This document shows, piece by piece, positions 1 through 9,849 of a DNA stretch of 64,000 nucleotides. The stretch is from NCBI RefSeq assembly GCF_058153355.1, contig NZ_CM177019.1; one strand, written 5' to 3'. The translations under genes and the position numbers were made by a program. The notes below the pieces were generated by a model that saw nothing but the letters and a program-made list of their open reading frames with translations, was not told where the DNA came from and ran no database searches. Numbering within the stretch: position 1 is the first letter of the stretch; each line of letters starts with the position of its first letter.

Positions 1-424
1 GAATACCGATGGTATAAACGAACAGGATCAGGCCAAATTCCTGAATAACATGCAGCATATCGCTACTTAATGTCATCCCCGCCTGAGAAACAAAATGGCC
101 GACGATGATCCCACCAAACAGCACGCCGCCAATACCTAATCCTATGCCGCGAAATTTGACGTTGCCGATAAACAAACCGACGACTGCCACCAAAGCCAGA
201 ATACTGACCGTTAATGCTATATCACTCATCGTCCATTTCTCTTGAGATAACATTTTAATTGCTACGGATTATGGCTGAATCGGTGAAGCAGATTTGCCTT
301 ATAGCGCACATTATCACGGGAAAGAACGTGCCGAAATATCTTAAACAGGCGAAATTTAACGCTTTGTTGAGTAAGAAAGACAAAAAAAGCCCCACCAGAA
401 TGGTGGGGCAAAGAGAATAGCTAG

Positions 425-853
425 TTAGCTATTTAACGCGGGACGTTCGCTGATAGCGATACGCTGCGCTGCGATGGGTTCAGGCTCATTACGAATTAAA
501 TCAATATGCAGTAAACCGTTTACGAAGGTTGCACCAGAGACTTCCATATTTTCAGCCAGCGTAAAGCTCAGGCTAAATGGCTGATTCATAAGCCCTTGAT
601 GCAGCCATTTTTTCTCTTCTTTTGGCTGCTCCGGCGTGCCTTTTACGCTCAGGCGCGTACCTTCCAGTTGAATATCTAAATCTTCCTGACGAAAACCTGC
701 CAGCGCAAGGGTAATGCGGTAGTGGTTATCGTCGCTTTTCTCAATGTTGTACGGCGGGAAGCTCTGGCTTTCACCGGCGTTTTGCAGTGCGTTGGCCAGT
801 TTGTCAAAACCGATCCATTGACGCATCAGTGGGGATAAATCGAAGTTACGCAT
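425..853 (-). CDS. ibpB: small heat shock protein IbpB
   Basis: Track ORF 425..892; protein from [13 protein letters not shown] to the C-terminus matches IbpB (142 aa). Start trimmed to the ATG at 851-853. Confidence 0.9.
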   Translation of the reverse strand: MRNFDLSPLMRQWIGFDKLANALQNAGESQSFPPYNIEKSDDNHYRITLALAGFRQEDLDIQLEGTRLSVKGTPEQPKEEKKWLHQGLMNQPFSLSFTLAENMEVSGATFVNGLLHIDLIRNEPEPIAAQRIAISERPALNS

Positions 854-964
854 AGTCATTTCTCCTTCTAAGAAGCGAGTAAGTACCTGCAAATCCGAAG
901 ATTCGCATATGCTCCCTGACGGCGAGCATGGAGATATCAGGCCGCGCCAGGCGGCCTTAGGGAA

Positions 965-1378
965 TTAGTTGATTTCGATACGGCGCGGTTTTTTCGCTTC
1001 CGGAATCACACGTTCGAGATCGATATACAGCAAACCATTTACCAGGTTAGCACCACGAACATGAATGTTCTCAGCTAACTGGAATTTGCGTTCAAAGTTG
1101 CGTTCAGCGATGCCCTGGTACAGATAGGTGCGTTCTTTTTGTTCGTCGGCATGAGCACCTTTCACCACCAACAGATTATCCTGGGCGGTAATTTCCAGTT
1201 CGCTCTCAGCAAAACCAGCCACAGCGATAGCAATGCGGTAATGGTTTTCGTCTACCAGTTCAACGTTATACGGAGGGTAGCCGCCATTACTCTGGCTCTG
1301 GTTGTTTTCTAAGTGGTTAAACAAACGGTCAAATCCAATAGCAGAACGGTAAAGCGGGGATAAATCAAAGTTACGCAT
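965..1378 (-). CDS. ibpA: small heat shock protein IbpA
   Basis: 137 aa ORF, alpha-crystallin-type sHSP paralogous to the adjacent ibpB; length matches IbpA. Confidence 0.92.
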
Positions 1379-1480
1379 AATAAATAGCTCCTGAAATCAG
1401 CGAGAATGTAAGACCTTCCACAATGGACAGGTCAGGTAGCCAGAACACCCATCAGGCGCGTCCTCATCGGCTACGATGTA

Positions 1481-1509
1481 AAAATGGGTCTGGAAATGCA
1501 CTTTTCAAG
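1481..1509 (-). promoter_or_regulatory. sigma32 (heat shock) promoter upstream of ibpA
   Basis: Minus strand reads CTTGAAA, 14 nt spacer, CCCATTTT, matching the sigma32 -35/-10 consensus, about 100 nt upstream of the ibpA start. Confidence 0.55.
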
Positions 1510-1683
1510 CCTTATCAGCGGACTTTTTTTTGCAGTTTATGGTCTATTGCATAGACTGAGGGGGCAGCACGAAACGTTAAAGTGCGATAGCCGCCACAGT
1601 GCGACGTAATGATGATGTTATTTTCAGCAAGGGATCGCTATAACTCATCAGGCCAACACCCACGATCAACAGATGAATTTATT

Positions 1684-2016
1684 ATGATAAGAAATGTGTT
1701 GTTAGCGTTCATGATATGCAGCGGAATGACATTACTCGGAGGATGCTCCAGCGTGATGTCCCATACCGGGGGAAAAGAAGGAACGTATCCCGGCACCCGC
1801 GCCAGCGCCACCATGATTGGCGACGATGAAACCAACTGGGGCACTAAGTCGCTGGCGATTCTCGATATGCCGTTTACCGCTGTGATGGACACGCTTTTAC
1901 TGCCGTGGGATGTGTTCCGCAAAGACAGCTCGGTGCGCTCACGCGTTGAAAAAAGCGAAGCCAACGCGCAAGCCACCAATGCGGTTATTCCACCGGCCAG
2001 AATGCCTGATAACTGA
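1684..2016 (+). CDS. yidQ: small lipoprotein YidQ
   Basis: Internal ATG of track ORF 1609..2016 gives a 110 aa protein with a lipobox (LLGGC); position between ibpA and yidR as in K-12. Confidence 0.8.
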   Translation: MIRNVLLAFMICSGMTLLGGCSSVMSHTGGKEGTYPGTRASATMIGDDETNWGTKSLAILDMPFTAVMDTLLLPWDVFRKDSSVRSRVEKSEANAQATNAVIPPARMPDN

Positions 2017-2017
2017 T

Positions 2018-3268
2018 TTAGCGATCAGTTTCGGTGATCCACAGCTGGCCGCCTTCCATCCACGCTAGCCATCGACCATCCGGCGAGAAGACCACGGCGT
2101 CCGCAGAAGGGGGATTGGCGTGGTTTTCGGTTAAATACTCAACCTCGCCGCTTTGCGCATGGGCGCAAGCAATTCGATTATCCAGCACAAAGCCCAACCA
2201 TTCTCCTGACGGATGCCAGTTAAATGCAGACTGAATATCCGTTTTGTTATGGGTTAACTGGCGCGGCTCGCCGCCCTGTGGCGAGATAAGCCACAGTTGC
2301 ACAATGCCGTTATCATCACGCATTAAAAACGCGATTTGCGTACCCTGCGGATTACAGCGCACCCAGTGGCGCGGGACGTTGACTAACCCCGGATAAGCCC
2401 GATGGTGGGTAAAGGTTAAACGTCGCTGCACGACGCCACGCGGTGGCGCGGGCAGGGTTGTTTCCGTTCCACTTAACGGCGCATCACCTGCTGCTTTCCA
2501 GCCAGCTTCATCTTGCGGTAACTCAACGATGAACAGCTCCGGCACTTTCTCGCCCTTTGGCGAAAGTGTGTCGCCAATAAACGCCAGCGCGTGGTTTCCT
2601 ACCCATCCTTCTTCATAAGCACGATTAATTTCATCACTGCCAGGCTGCGGCGTGGGCGTTGTTTTACTTACCAGTACGCACCAGTGGCTACCGCTGTATT
2701 CACGCGGATGCTGCTTTTGTACGTTGACCGGGCCAAACGGTACCGCAACACTGACGTTGCGCAAATCCAGCGCCGGATCGCGTTCATGCATCACATGGTC
2801 GTTATAGGTAAAGCTCACCATTACACCGTTCGGGCTAAAGACATGTACATGGCTGCCGCCACGCAGCGCCCCTGGCGTATACGGCGCGGTAATATCCATT
2901 GCATCAAGGTTGCTCATCTTGCCGTCTTCAACAATCACGCCTCGACGGTGATGGAAATCGTAATGCCATGTTTCATCAGGATTTTCAGGTCCGTGGATAA
3001 AGACATATTTCTCTGACTTCGGATGAACGGTCACCACGCCGACGTGTGCGCCCTGTGACGCACGGTAGATAACCTCGACCTCACCGGTATGAATATTCAC
3101 ACGTTCAATAGTTTCGCCGGTAAACGACGCCCCAGAAGGACGCACGTCAAATACCAGCCACTGGCTGTCGGGCGTCCAGGTATTGGTATTAGTGAGCAGG
3201 TGATTACGGGGAGCAAAGGTTATCTGTTTCATGGCGTGGTCCTGATACAAAACGGTTTCCGCAATCAT
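2018..3268 (-). CDS. yidR: YidR, beta-propeller-like protein of unknown function
   Basis: 416 aa ORF in the conserved position. An internal ATG at 3232 has a better Shine-Dalgarno (AGGA) and may be the true start. Confidence 0.8.
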   Translation of the reverse strand: MIAETVLYQDHAMKQITFAPRNHLLTNTNTWTPDSQWLVFDVRPSGASFTGETIERVNIHTGEVEVIYRASQGAHVGVVTVHPKSEKYVFIHGPENPDETWHYDFHHRRGVIVEDGKMSNLDAMDITAPYTPGALRGGSHVHVFSPNGVMVSFTYNDHVMHERDPALDLRNVSVAVPFGPVNVQKQHPREYSGSHWCVLVSKTTPTPQPGSDEINRAYEEGWVGNHALAFIGDTLSPKGEKVPELFIVELPQDEAGWKAAGDAPLSGTETTLPAPPRGVVQRRLTFTHHRAYPGLVNVPRHWVRCNPQGTQIAFLMRDDNGIVQLWLISPQGGEPRQLTHNKTDIQSAFNWHPSGEWLGFVLDNRIACAHAQSGEVEYLTENHANPPSADAVVFSPDGRWLAWMEGGQLWITETDR

Positions 3269-3332
3269 ACTTCACAAGGACTTCACTTTCAGACAATAGT
3301 CTTTTGCCATCGTGATGAATGTGAGTGAAAAG

Positions 3333-4433
3333 ATGGAACATTTCGACGTGGCGATTATTGGCCTCGGCCCGGCAGGGTCGGCGTTGGCGCGAAAGTTAGC
3401 AGGCAAAATGCAGGTGATCGCGCTGGATAAAAAGCACCAGTGCGGTACTGAAGGTTTCAACAAGCCTTGCGGCGGTCTGCTGGCACCGGACGCTCAGCGA
3501 TCTTTTATTCGCGATGGACTGACGCTTCCTGTCGATGTGATCGCCAATCCGCAGATTTTCAGCGTCAAAACCGTCGACGTCGCCGCATCGCTTACACGTA
3601 ACTACCAGCGAAGCTATATCAATATTAATCGCCATGCTTTCGACTTATGGATGAAATCGCTGATCCCCGCCAGCGTTGAGGTTTACCACGATAGCCTGTG
3701 CCGGAAAATCTGGCGCGAGGATGATAAATGGCATGTCATTTTTCGCGCAGACGGCTGGGAGCAACACATTACCGCCCGCTATCTGGTCGGTGCCGATGGT
3801 GCAAACTCGATGGTGCGGCGACATCTCTACCCGGATCATCAGATTCGTAAATATGTTGCTATCCAGCAGTGGTTCGCAGAGAAACATCCGGTGCCGTTCT
3901 ACTCCTGCATCTTTGATAATGCGATAACTGACTGTTATTCATGGAGTATCAGCAAAGACGGTTATTTTATCTTTGGCGGTGCCTATCCAATGAAAGACGG
4001 CCAGGCGCGCTTCACGGCGCTAAAAGAGAAAATGAGCGCCTTTCAGTTCCAGTTTGGTAAGGCGGTAAAAAGCGAAAAATGCACGGTGCTGTTTCCCTCA
4101 CGCTGGCAGGATTTTGTCTGCGGTAAGGACAACGCCTTTCTGATTGGTGAAGCGGCGGGATTTATCAGCGCCAGCTCGCTGGAGGGGATTAGCTATGCGC
4201 TGGATAGTGCAGAGATTCTGCGTTCGCTGTTACTGAAGCAGCCGGAGAAGAGCAACGCCGCTTACTGGCGCGCCACCCGCAAACTGCGTTTAAAACTCTT
4301 CGGCAAAATAGTAAAAAGCCGATGCCTGACCGCACCGGCTTTAAGAAAATGGATTATGCGCAGTGGTGTGGCGCATATTCCACAGTTTAAAGATTATCCA
4401 ACGCGCTTCACATCGCCCACCAGCAGGATGTAA
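3333..4433 (+). CDS. cbrA: FAD-dependent oxidoreductase CbrA (YidS)
   Basis: N-terminal Rossmann motif [14 protein letters not shown]. Track ORF starts at 3312 (GTG); start is uncertain between 3312, 3315 and 3333. 3' end overlaps convergent dgoT. Confidence 0.8.
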   Translation: MEHFDVAIIGLGPAGSALARKLAGKMQVIALDKKHQCGTEGFNKPCGGLLAPDAQRSFIRDGLTLPVDVIANPQIFSVKTVDVAASLTRNYQRSYININRHAFDLWMKSLIPASVEVYHDSLCRKIWREDDKWHVIFRADGWEQHITARYLVGADGANSMVRRHLYPDHQIRKYVAIQQWFAEKHPVPFYSCIFDNAITDCYSWSISKDGYFIFGGAYPMKDGQARFTALKEKMSAFQFQFGKAVKSEKCTVLFPSRWQDFVCGKDNAFLIGEAAGFISASSLEGISYALDSAEILRSLLLKQPEKSNAAYWRATRKLRLKLFGKIVKSRCLTAPALRKWIMRSGVAHIPQFKDYPTRFTSPTSRM

Positions 4434-5686
4434 GAGAGCGCGCCAATCAACGCGACGGCGGAGATATAAACCAGTGCAGGCGCGAAACCGTAACCCTGCG
4501 CCAGGTACCCCACCACCAGCGGAACGGTGATGCCGCCCAGACCACCGGCGAAGTTAAACACGCCGCCGGTTAAACCAATCAGCCGCATCGGTGCCAGAGA
4601 AGAGACTAACGACCAGGTAATCGAAGCAAAACCGTTGCCGAAGAATGCCAGCGCCATCAGGCACATAATCATCATCGGATCGTTGGTGTAGTTAGCACCC
4701 ATAATGCAGGTGGAGATCAGCAAACCGCAGATAATCGGCGTTTTACGCGCAAAGCCCAGTGAAAAGCCCTTACGTACCAGCAGATCCGCGACCCAGCCAG
4801 AGAGCAGGACGCCGACAAACGCCGCAAGGAAAGGCACCGTGGTCATAAAGCCCGCTTTCAACGCCGTGATGCCTTTTTCCTGGGTTAAATAGTTCGGGAA
4901 CCAGGTTAAGAAGAACCACAGTGTAGAAGCCACCGCAAATTGCCCAAGATAGACGCCGATCAGTTTACGATGGAACACCAGTTTCCAGTCTTTGGCTGTT
5001 AGCGGCTGACGCGACTCTTTTTTCACTGGCGCATCGCCATCCACCAGACCGCCGCCGTCACGAATGTAATCCAGTTCAGCTTTGCTAATGCCTTTGGTCA
5101 GGCGCGGCGGCTGATAAACCTTAAACCAAATCAGCGACCAGATAATGCCGATACCGCCGGTGACAATGAACACCCAGTGCCAGCTCAACATTTCCTGAAT
5201 CCAGATCAGCAGCGGAGTCAGAAACGCCAGACCGACAAACTGACCAGACGTATAAAAACCCACGGCAGAAGCGCGTTCATGTTCCGGGAACCAGCTGGTC
5301 ACCATCCGGTTATTGGTCGGGAACGCGGGCGCTTCGAAAATACCGGTTATCGCACGCAGACCAATTAATGACATTAAGCCCGTGGCAAAGCCCTGGAATA
5401 ACGTCGCCACTGACCAGCCAAATATCGCAATAAAATAAGTCACGCGAGAACCTACGCGATCTAAAAACCAACCGCCGGGGATCTGACATAAGGTATAAAG
5501 CCAGGCGAAGGCCGAAAATACATAGCCCATTTGCGCTTTGGTAATGCCGAACTCTTCCTGAATATGGGCGGAAGCCACGGCCAGGTTAGCGCGGTCAACA
5601 TAACAAATGACCACCGTAATAAAGATCATCACCAGCGTCAGATAACGCCGACGCCCCGGTTTTGCTGCATTAACGGGAATATCCAT
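4394..5686 (-). CDS. dgoT: D-galactonate:H+ symporter DgoT (MFS)
   Basis: 430 aa from [15 protein letters not shown] matches DgoT; track ORF is extended 15 codons upstream. Confidence 0.92.
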   Translation of the reverse strand: MDIPVNAAKPGRRRYLTLVMIFITVVICYVDRANLAVASAHIQEEFGITKAQMGYVFSAFAWLYTLCQIPGGWFLDRVGSRVTYFIAIFGWSVATLFQGFATGLMSLIGLRAITGIFEAPAFPTNNRMVTSWFPEHERASAVGFYTSGQFVGLAFLTPLLIWIQEMLSWHWVFIVTGGIGIIWSLIWFKVYQPPRLTKGISKAELDYIRDGGGLVDGDAPVKKESRQPLTAKDWKLVFHRKLIGVYLGQFAVASTLWFFLTWFPNYLTQEKGITALKAGFMTTVPFLAAFVGVLLSGWVADLLVRKGFSLGFARKTPIICGLLISTCIMGANYTNDPMMIMCLMALAFFGNGFASITWSLVSSLAPMRLIGLTGGVFNFAGGLGGITVPLVVGYLAQGYGFAPALVYISAVALIGALSYILLVGDVKRVG

Positions 5687-5805
5687 AGCGAGCTTTCTCC
5701 AGATTTTGGGCATAGCGAAGCCGCTCACCATGCCCTGTAATGTACAGAGGGTTATATTTTTGTATTGCTGTTTTAGTGCCCGATGAGGGGCTTACGTGGC
5801 AGGAA

Positions 5806-5956
5806 TTACCACTCTGCTACGCTGTTATCTTCATGACGCCAGAGCGGATTACGCCAGTCCGGGGCATTTTTACTGAACTCAATGACTTTGGCTTCGTCGA
5901 TTTCTACGCCTAAGCCCGGTTTCGTTAATGGTTTAAAGAAGCCGCCGACCATGCTG
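5806..5956 (-). pseudogene. dgoD: 3' fragment of dgoD (D-galactonate dehydratase), truncated by IS4
   Basis: Last ~49 codons ([27 protein letters not shown]...NSVAEW) match the DgoD C-terminus; reading frame runs directly into the IS4 end at 5957. Confidence 0.7.
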
Positions 5957-7382
5957 TAATGCCAGTCAGTTAAGCAACTGACTGGCTCTTTTTCGGGGCT
6001 GTGGGGTATTTCCAGGGCCTCTCCTTTACCACTCTCGGGAAGGCCCTTTCCCTTCTTGTCGGTAATTTCACAAGTTGTCCCATACTTGCAAGATCGCGCA
6101 TCAGCTCCGGTATACGTCCCGGTGAAGCGCCCTGCAATGTCATCAGCATTCTCATCACCATTCCGCATGATTCTGAGAAACTCAGTTGATTCGGCCAGTA
6201 ACCTTTCAGATGTTCCGCCATTTTAATCATCTGATATCTCACCAGATTATAAGCCAGTAAGACACCCCACAGCTCTTGCTCCACAAGCTCCGGCTTTTTA
6301 CTTCTCAGCGTCAGCCTGCTCAGTTGCATCGTCTGTTTTATCTCCCTGTATCCCAGTTCGATTTCCCAGCGATGACTGTACAGATCCGCCATTTCTCCTC
6401 CGGGGAAGCGCATGGCGTCCGTCATCGACGTCAGCAGATGGCAGACTTTTCCTTTGCGCGTCACGGTCAGCAGGCGGGCTGTCACTTCATTTCCCAGTCC
6501 CGGCCACTTTTTTCGTGCCTGCGGGCTGGTTTTCAGCTTCACCAGATGATCGCCTTTACCCAGTTTTCTGATCTCTTCATATTGCGCTCCCTTTCTGAGA
6601 GGTATCATCCAGTGGCGGTGTTCTCCCGCCAGGCTCCAGGCATTTAACAGTCCCAGTGAGTAATAACCTTTATCCATTAACGTCAGAGTGTTATCGCCGG
6701 TTTGTTCTATAAGTTGCTCAGCAAGCTCATTTTCGCTGTTCTTCATCGTGCCGAAGGCTGCAGCCGTCAGCAGATGGCTGGTCAGTTCCATCTGGCAGAC
6801 CATTTTGACCTGCGGGTAGAGCGCCGGGTTCCCGGCATGTGTCTGGCGGGGGAAGGCTGCATCGTTCTCTGGTGTATCCGGTGTGCGCCAGAACACACCA
6901 TCGATGGCCAGCAGGGTCAGGCCGCACCAGTGCGGATGCGGCGTGGCGTTATGCCAGAGCTGCGCTGTTTTCGTGAACACGCGGCGGACAGCCTCACTTC
7001 CCAGGCGCTGGCGGGCCTGAATAACGGCACTGGGGGCAACGAAGGGGCGATTGCCCGGCAGCATGATGTCCAGGCGATTCACAATCTGGTGAAGAGGTTC
7101 TTTACGCTCAAGCGCCATGCCAACAATACACCAGACCATCATTTCGAGGGGAAGACGGCGCTTGCGTAGCGTTACAGTACCTGATTCGGCAAGGCAACGA
7201 GAGATGAGTTCGGGGTCGAGGTAATCCCCCAGAGAAGTCAGTGGGTTACGCAGAGAATCGTAACGGGATACCAGATCAAGAGCCTGTCCAATGTGCATAA
7301 AAAAATCCGGAAACAAGTGAGCGTTTCCGGATTCTTACACAGCCACTGGATCGGTCAACTGATCCTTAACTGATCGGCATTA
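5957..7382 (-). mobile_element. IS4 insertion sequence, complete (1426 bp)
   Basis: Terminal inverted repeats TAATGCCAGTCAGTTAAG (5957-5974) and reverse complement of TAATGCCGATCAGTTAAG (7365-7382); single transposase ORF inside; length equals canonical IS4. Confidence 0.92.
5970..7298 (-). CDS. insG: IS4 transposase
   Basis: 442 aa from [20 protein letters not shown] matches the IS4 transposase (DDE family); track ORF 5970..7316 has 6 extra N-terminal codons. Confidence 0.88.
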   Translation of the reverse strand: MHIGQALDLVSRYDSLRNPLTSLGDYLDPELISRCLAESGTVTLRKRRLPLEMMVWCIVGMALERKEPLHQIVNRLDIMLPGNRPFVAPSAVIQARQRLGSEAVRRVFTKTAQLWHNATPHPHWCGLTLLAIDGVFWRTPDTPENDAAFPRQTHAGNPALYPQVKMVCQMELTSHLLTAAAFGTMKNSENELAEQLIEQTGDNTLTLMDKGYYSLGLLNAWSLAGEHRHWMIPLRKGAQYEEIRKLGKGDHLVKLKTSPQARKKWPGLGNEVTARLLTVTRKGKVCHLLTSMTDAMRFPGGEMADLYSHRWEIELGYREIKQTMQLSRLTLRSKKPELVEQELWGVLLAYNLVRYQMIKMAEHLKGYWPNQLSFSESCGMVMRMLMTLQGASPGRIPELMRDLASMGQLVKLPTRRERAFPRVVKERPWKYPTAPKKSQSVA

Positions 7383-7490
7383 GGCCAAATCGGTCCCGTT
7401 TTTTTTCGCCTTTATTTCGGAGAAGTGTCCAGAGGGGCAAGGGGATTCGGGGGAGTATAATTTCGCCATTCAGAAAGAATGGAAAGAATA

Positions 7491-8017
7491 ATGCAAAACA
7501 GAAAATGGATTTTGACCTCGCTGATAATGACTTTTTTCGGCATCCCCATACTGGCGCAATTACCAACTGGCGCACGGTTGGCGGTAACGATCAGGAGATC
7601 CAGACCTGGCAACGCCCGGAAGACTCTGGCAGCCAGACAGTGATGCAATCGCAGGTCATGAAAAATGTCCGCATGATCTCGCCGCAGGAAACCGAAGTGG
7701 CAAGCATGATGGAGGGAATGATTAAAGTTGTTGCCGAATACCGTAATACAAACAACTCAATAGGCTACACCTTCCGCTATTACGCAACACAAATGAACGC
7801 CGATAAAAATATAAAACTGCTAGCTATTAACGGTATTGCACCGACTGCGGAAAATATTCGTAACGGCAAATATCCGTATATCGTCGATGCCTTTATGGTA
7901 ACGCGGGAAAATACTACGTCAGAAACACAAAAACTGGTCGAATGGTTTTTAACGCCGCAGGGGCAGAGTCTGGTGGAAGATGTGGGCTATGTGCCGCTGT
8001 ATCCAACAATGAAATAA
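7491..8017 (+). pseudogene. yzgL: yzgL-like internally deleted PstS-like binding-protein gene
   Basis: ATG at 7491 encodes a signal-peptide-like start (MQNRKWILTSLIMTFFGIPILA) that runs out of frame after ~50 codons. Frame +2 (track ORF 7505..8017) encodes only the C-terminal half of a protein paralogous to the downstream 330 aa lipoprotein. Confidence 0.6.
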
Positions 8018-8042
8018 CGCTCGAGAGAAAGGAATCAGCGCA

Positions 8043-9035
8043 ATGAATAAATTCACCGGTGTTTTACTATTAGGTACGGCGTTACTGGCGGGATGTGTCG
8101 ACCGGGAAGGGTACTATAACAGCGTCAGGGAAGAAGAGAGTCATGGACTGACGTCTCTGCGGGGGCAACCTGAATTACGTTACAGCGATGATTGGTCAAG
8201 ATGGCCGAGAGTGTACGGCGCTACAGCCTTATACCCGCTGTATGCCTCCGCGTATTATGAATTAGTACCCGAGCCAAAAGATAAGGATCGAACCTCGCTG
8301 GCCTGGCAGGCGTATGGTTTGCAACAAACCCGAACAGCTGAAGCCTACGATAGTCTGATCAAGGGTACCGCGACGGTTATTTTTGTTGCACAACCGTCGG
8401 AAGGACAGAAAAAACGTGCAGAAGAAGCAGGCGTTAAACTGAAATATACCGCGTTTGCCCGCGAAGCCTTTGTCTTTATCGTTGATATCAAAAACCCGGT
8501 TAATTCACTTAGCGAACAGCAAGTCAAAGACATTTTTAGCGGTAAAGTGAGTCGCTGGAATAAAGTGGGCGGCGGTGACGAAAGTATAAAAGTCTGGCAG
8601 CGGCCAGAAGATTCTGGAAGCCAAACGGTTATGAAGGGACTGGTTATGCAAGATACTCCAATGCTGCCAGCCAAAAAATCCACTGTTATCGATCTTATGG
8701 GCGGTTTAATTACCGAAGTCGCCGACTACCAAAACACACCATCTTCCATTGGATACACCTTCCACTATTACGTCACACGTATGAATGACAATATGCTCAA
8801 AATGCGCAAACAGATCAAACTGCTGGCTATAAATGGCGTTGCACCTACAGAGGAAAATATCCGTAACGGCACTTATCCGTACATAATTGATGCTTATATG
8901 GTGACGCACGAAAACCCTACGCTGGAAACGCAGAAATTCGTCGACTGGTTTTTAAGCCCGCAGGGACAGCAATTGGTAGAGGATGTGGGGTATGTGCCGA
9001 TTCATGACGCATCATACGAATCATCAGTGCAATAA
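8043..9035 (+). CDS. putative lipoprotein with PstS/phosphate-binding-protein-like domain
   Basis: 330 aa ORF with Shine-Dalgarno AAGGA, lipobox LLAGC, and C-terminal half about 60% identical by eye to the upstream pseudogene. Family assignment is by motif impression only. Confidence 0.7.
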   Translation: MNKFTGVLLLGTALLAGCVDREGYYNSVREEESHGLTSLRGQPELRYSDDWSRWPRVYGATALYPLYASAYYELVPEPKDKDRTSLAWQAYGLQQTRTAEAYDSLIKGTATVIFVAQPSEGQKKRAEEAGVKLKYTAFAREAFVFIVDIKNPVNSLSEQQVKDIFSGKVSRWNKVGGGDESIKVWQRPEDSGSQTVMKGLVMQDTPMLPAKKSTVIDLMGGLITEVADYQNTPSSIGYTFHYYVTRMNDNMLKMRKQIKLLAINGVAPTEENIRNGTYPYIIDAYMVTHENPTLETQKFVDWFLSPQGQQLVEDVGYVPIHDASYESSVQ

Positions 9036-9637
9036 TGATGAATAAAATCAGACTTTATATTCCTCCGTTAATTCTTGGTTTTGTTATTGTGCCGTTGTTG
9101 GTGTGGCCGACGGTGGTTGCGCTGGCTGCTTCTGTTATCACGCTGAGTTTTCTGGGAGAGATACTGTTCTCTATCCCGCTCATGATCAGGCATATTTCGC
9201 TTCTGCAATTACAACTATGGTTATCGGCTGAATATGCGCTTTTCTGCTGTGCAATGGTGGGCGTTGGTTGGCAATTTGCTCGTATAACTCAATCCGAATC
9301 GAAAAGCAGACTGCATTGTTGGCTGGTATTTGCACCAGTTTATTTCTGGTTGCTCCTGTGGAATATCATTTTCTATGTCGCGCCAGCGAATATTGCGTTG
9401 CTGGAGAATATGCGCAGTTTCTTTCTGACAGTTGTCTGGCTCCCACTGAATTTTTCGCCATTTTGGTCTCAACCGTGGATTGACTTTGTCGGTCCAATAA
9501 GCGCACAGCTTGGTTTTGCGTTGGGATATTATTGCCAGTGGCGTAGCAAAAATAGAAGCCAGATACGGAAGTGGAGTGAGTGGGGAACGTGCCTGAGTTT
9601 TGTTACGTTGGGTATGATGGCGTGGGCTTTGCGGTAA
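9035..9637 (+). CDS. polytopic inner-membrane protein of unknown function
   Basis: 200 aa ORF whose start overlaps the upstream stop (TAATG), implying translational coupling; several hydrophobic segments rich in W/F/L. Confidence 0.6.
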   Translation: MMNKIRLYIPPLILGFVIVPLLVWPTVVALAASVITLSFLGEILFSIPLMIRHISLLQLQLWLSAEYALFCCAMVGVGWQFARITQSESKSRLHCWLVFAPVYFWLLLWNIIFYVAPANIALLENMRSFFLTVVWLPLNFSPFWSQPWIDFVGPISAQLGFALGYYCQWRSKNRSQIRKWSEWGTCLSFVTLGMMAWALR

Positions 9638-9689
9638 TTCCCTGACTTAAAAAGTAGGTCAGATTGTTGACAAAGTGCGCTTTGTTCAT

Positions 9690-9798
9690 GCCGGATGCGA
9701 CATGAACGTCTTATTGGCCTACAAGACCATGCAAATTCAATATATTGCATAAGCCACGTAGGCCTGATAAGCGTAGCGCATCAGGCAGTTTTTTGTTT
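9690..9798. repeat. REP / BIME-like palindromic units
   Basis: gccggatgcgacatgaacgtcttattggcctac and gtaggcctgataagcgtagcgcatcaggcag resemble the E. coli REP consensus, located 3' of glpD. Confidence 0.5.
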
Positions 9799-9849
9799 AT
9801 CATCAGTCGCAGGTCAGATTGAAATCTGACCCGGCCACCTTACGTTAAT

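Noticed and set aside
1-240. Hydrophobic coding sequence on the minus strand at the extreme 5' end of the window
   Set aside because: Appears to be the 3' end of a membrane-protein gene running off the window; too short and unidentified to annotate.
6001-7169. Plus-strand ORFs inside IS4 (6276..6647, 6702..7169 and others)
   Set aside because: Antisense to the single IS4 transposase gene; IS4 is known to encode only one protein.
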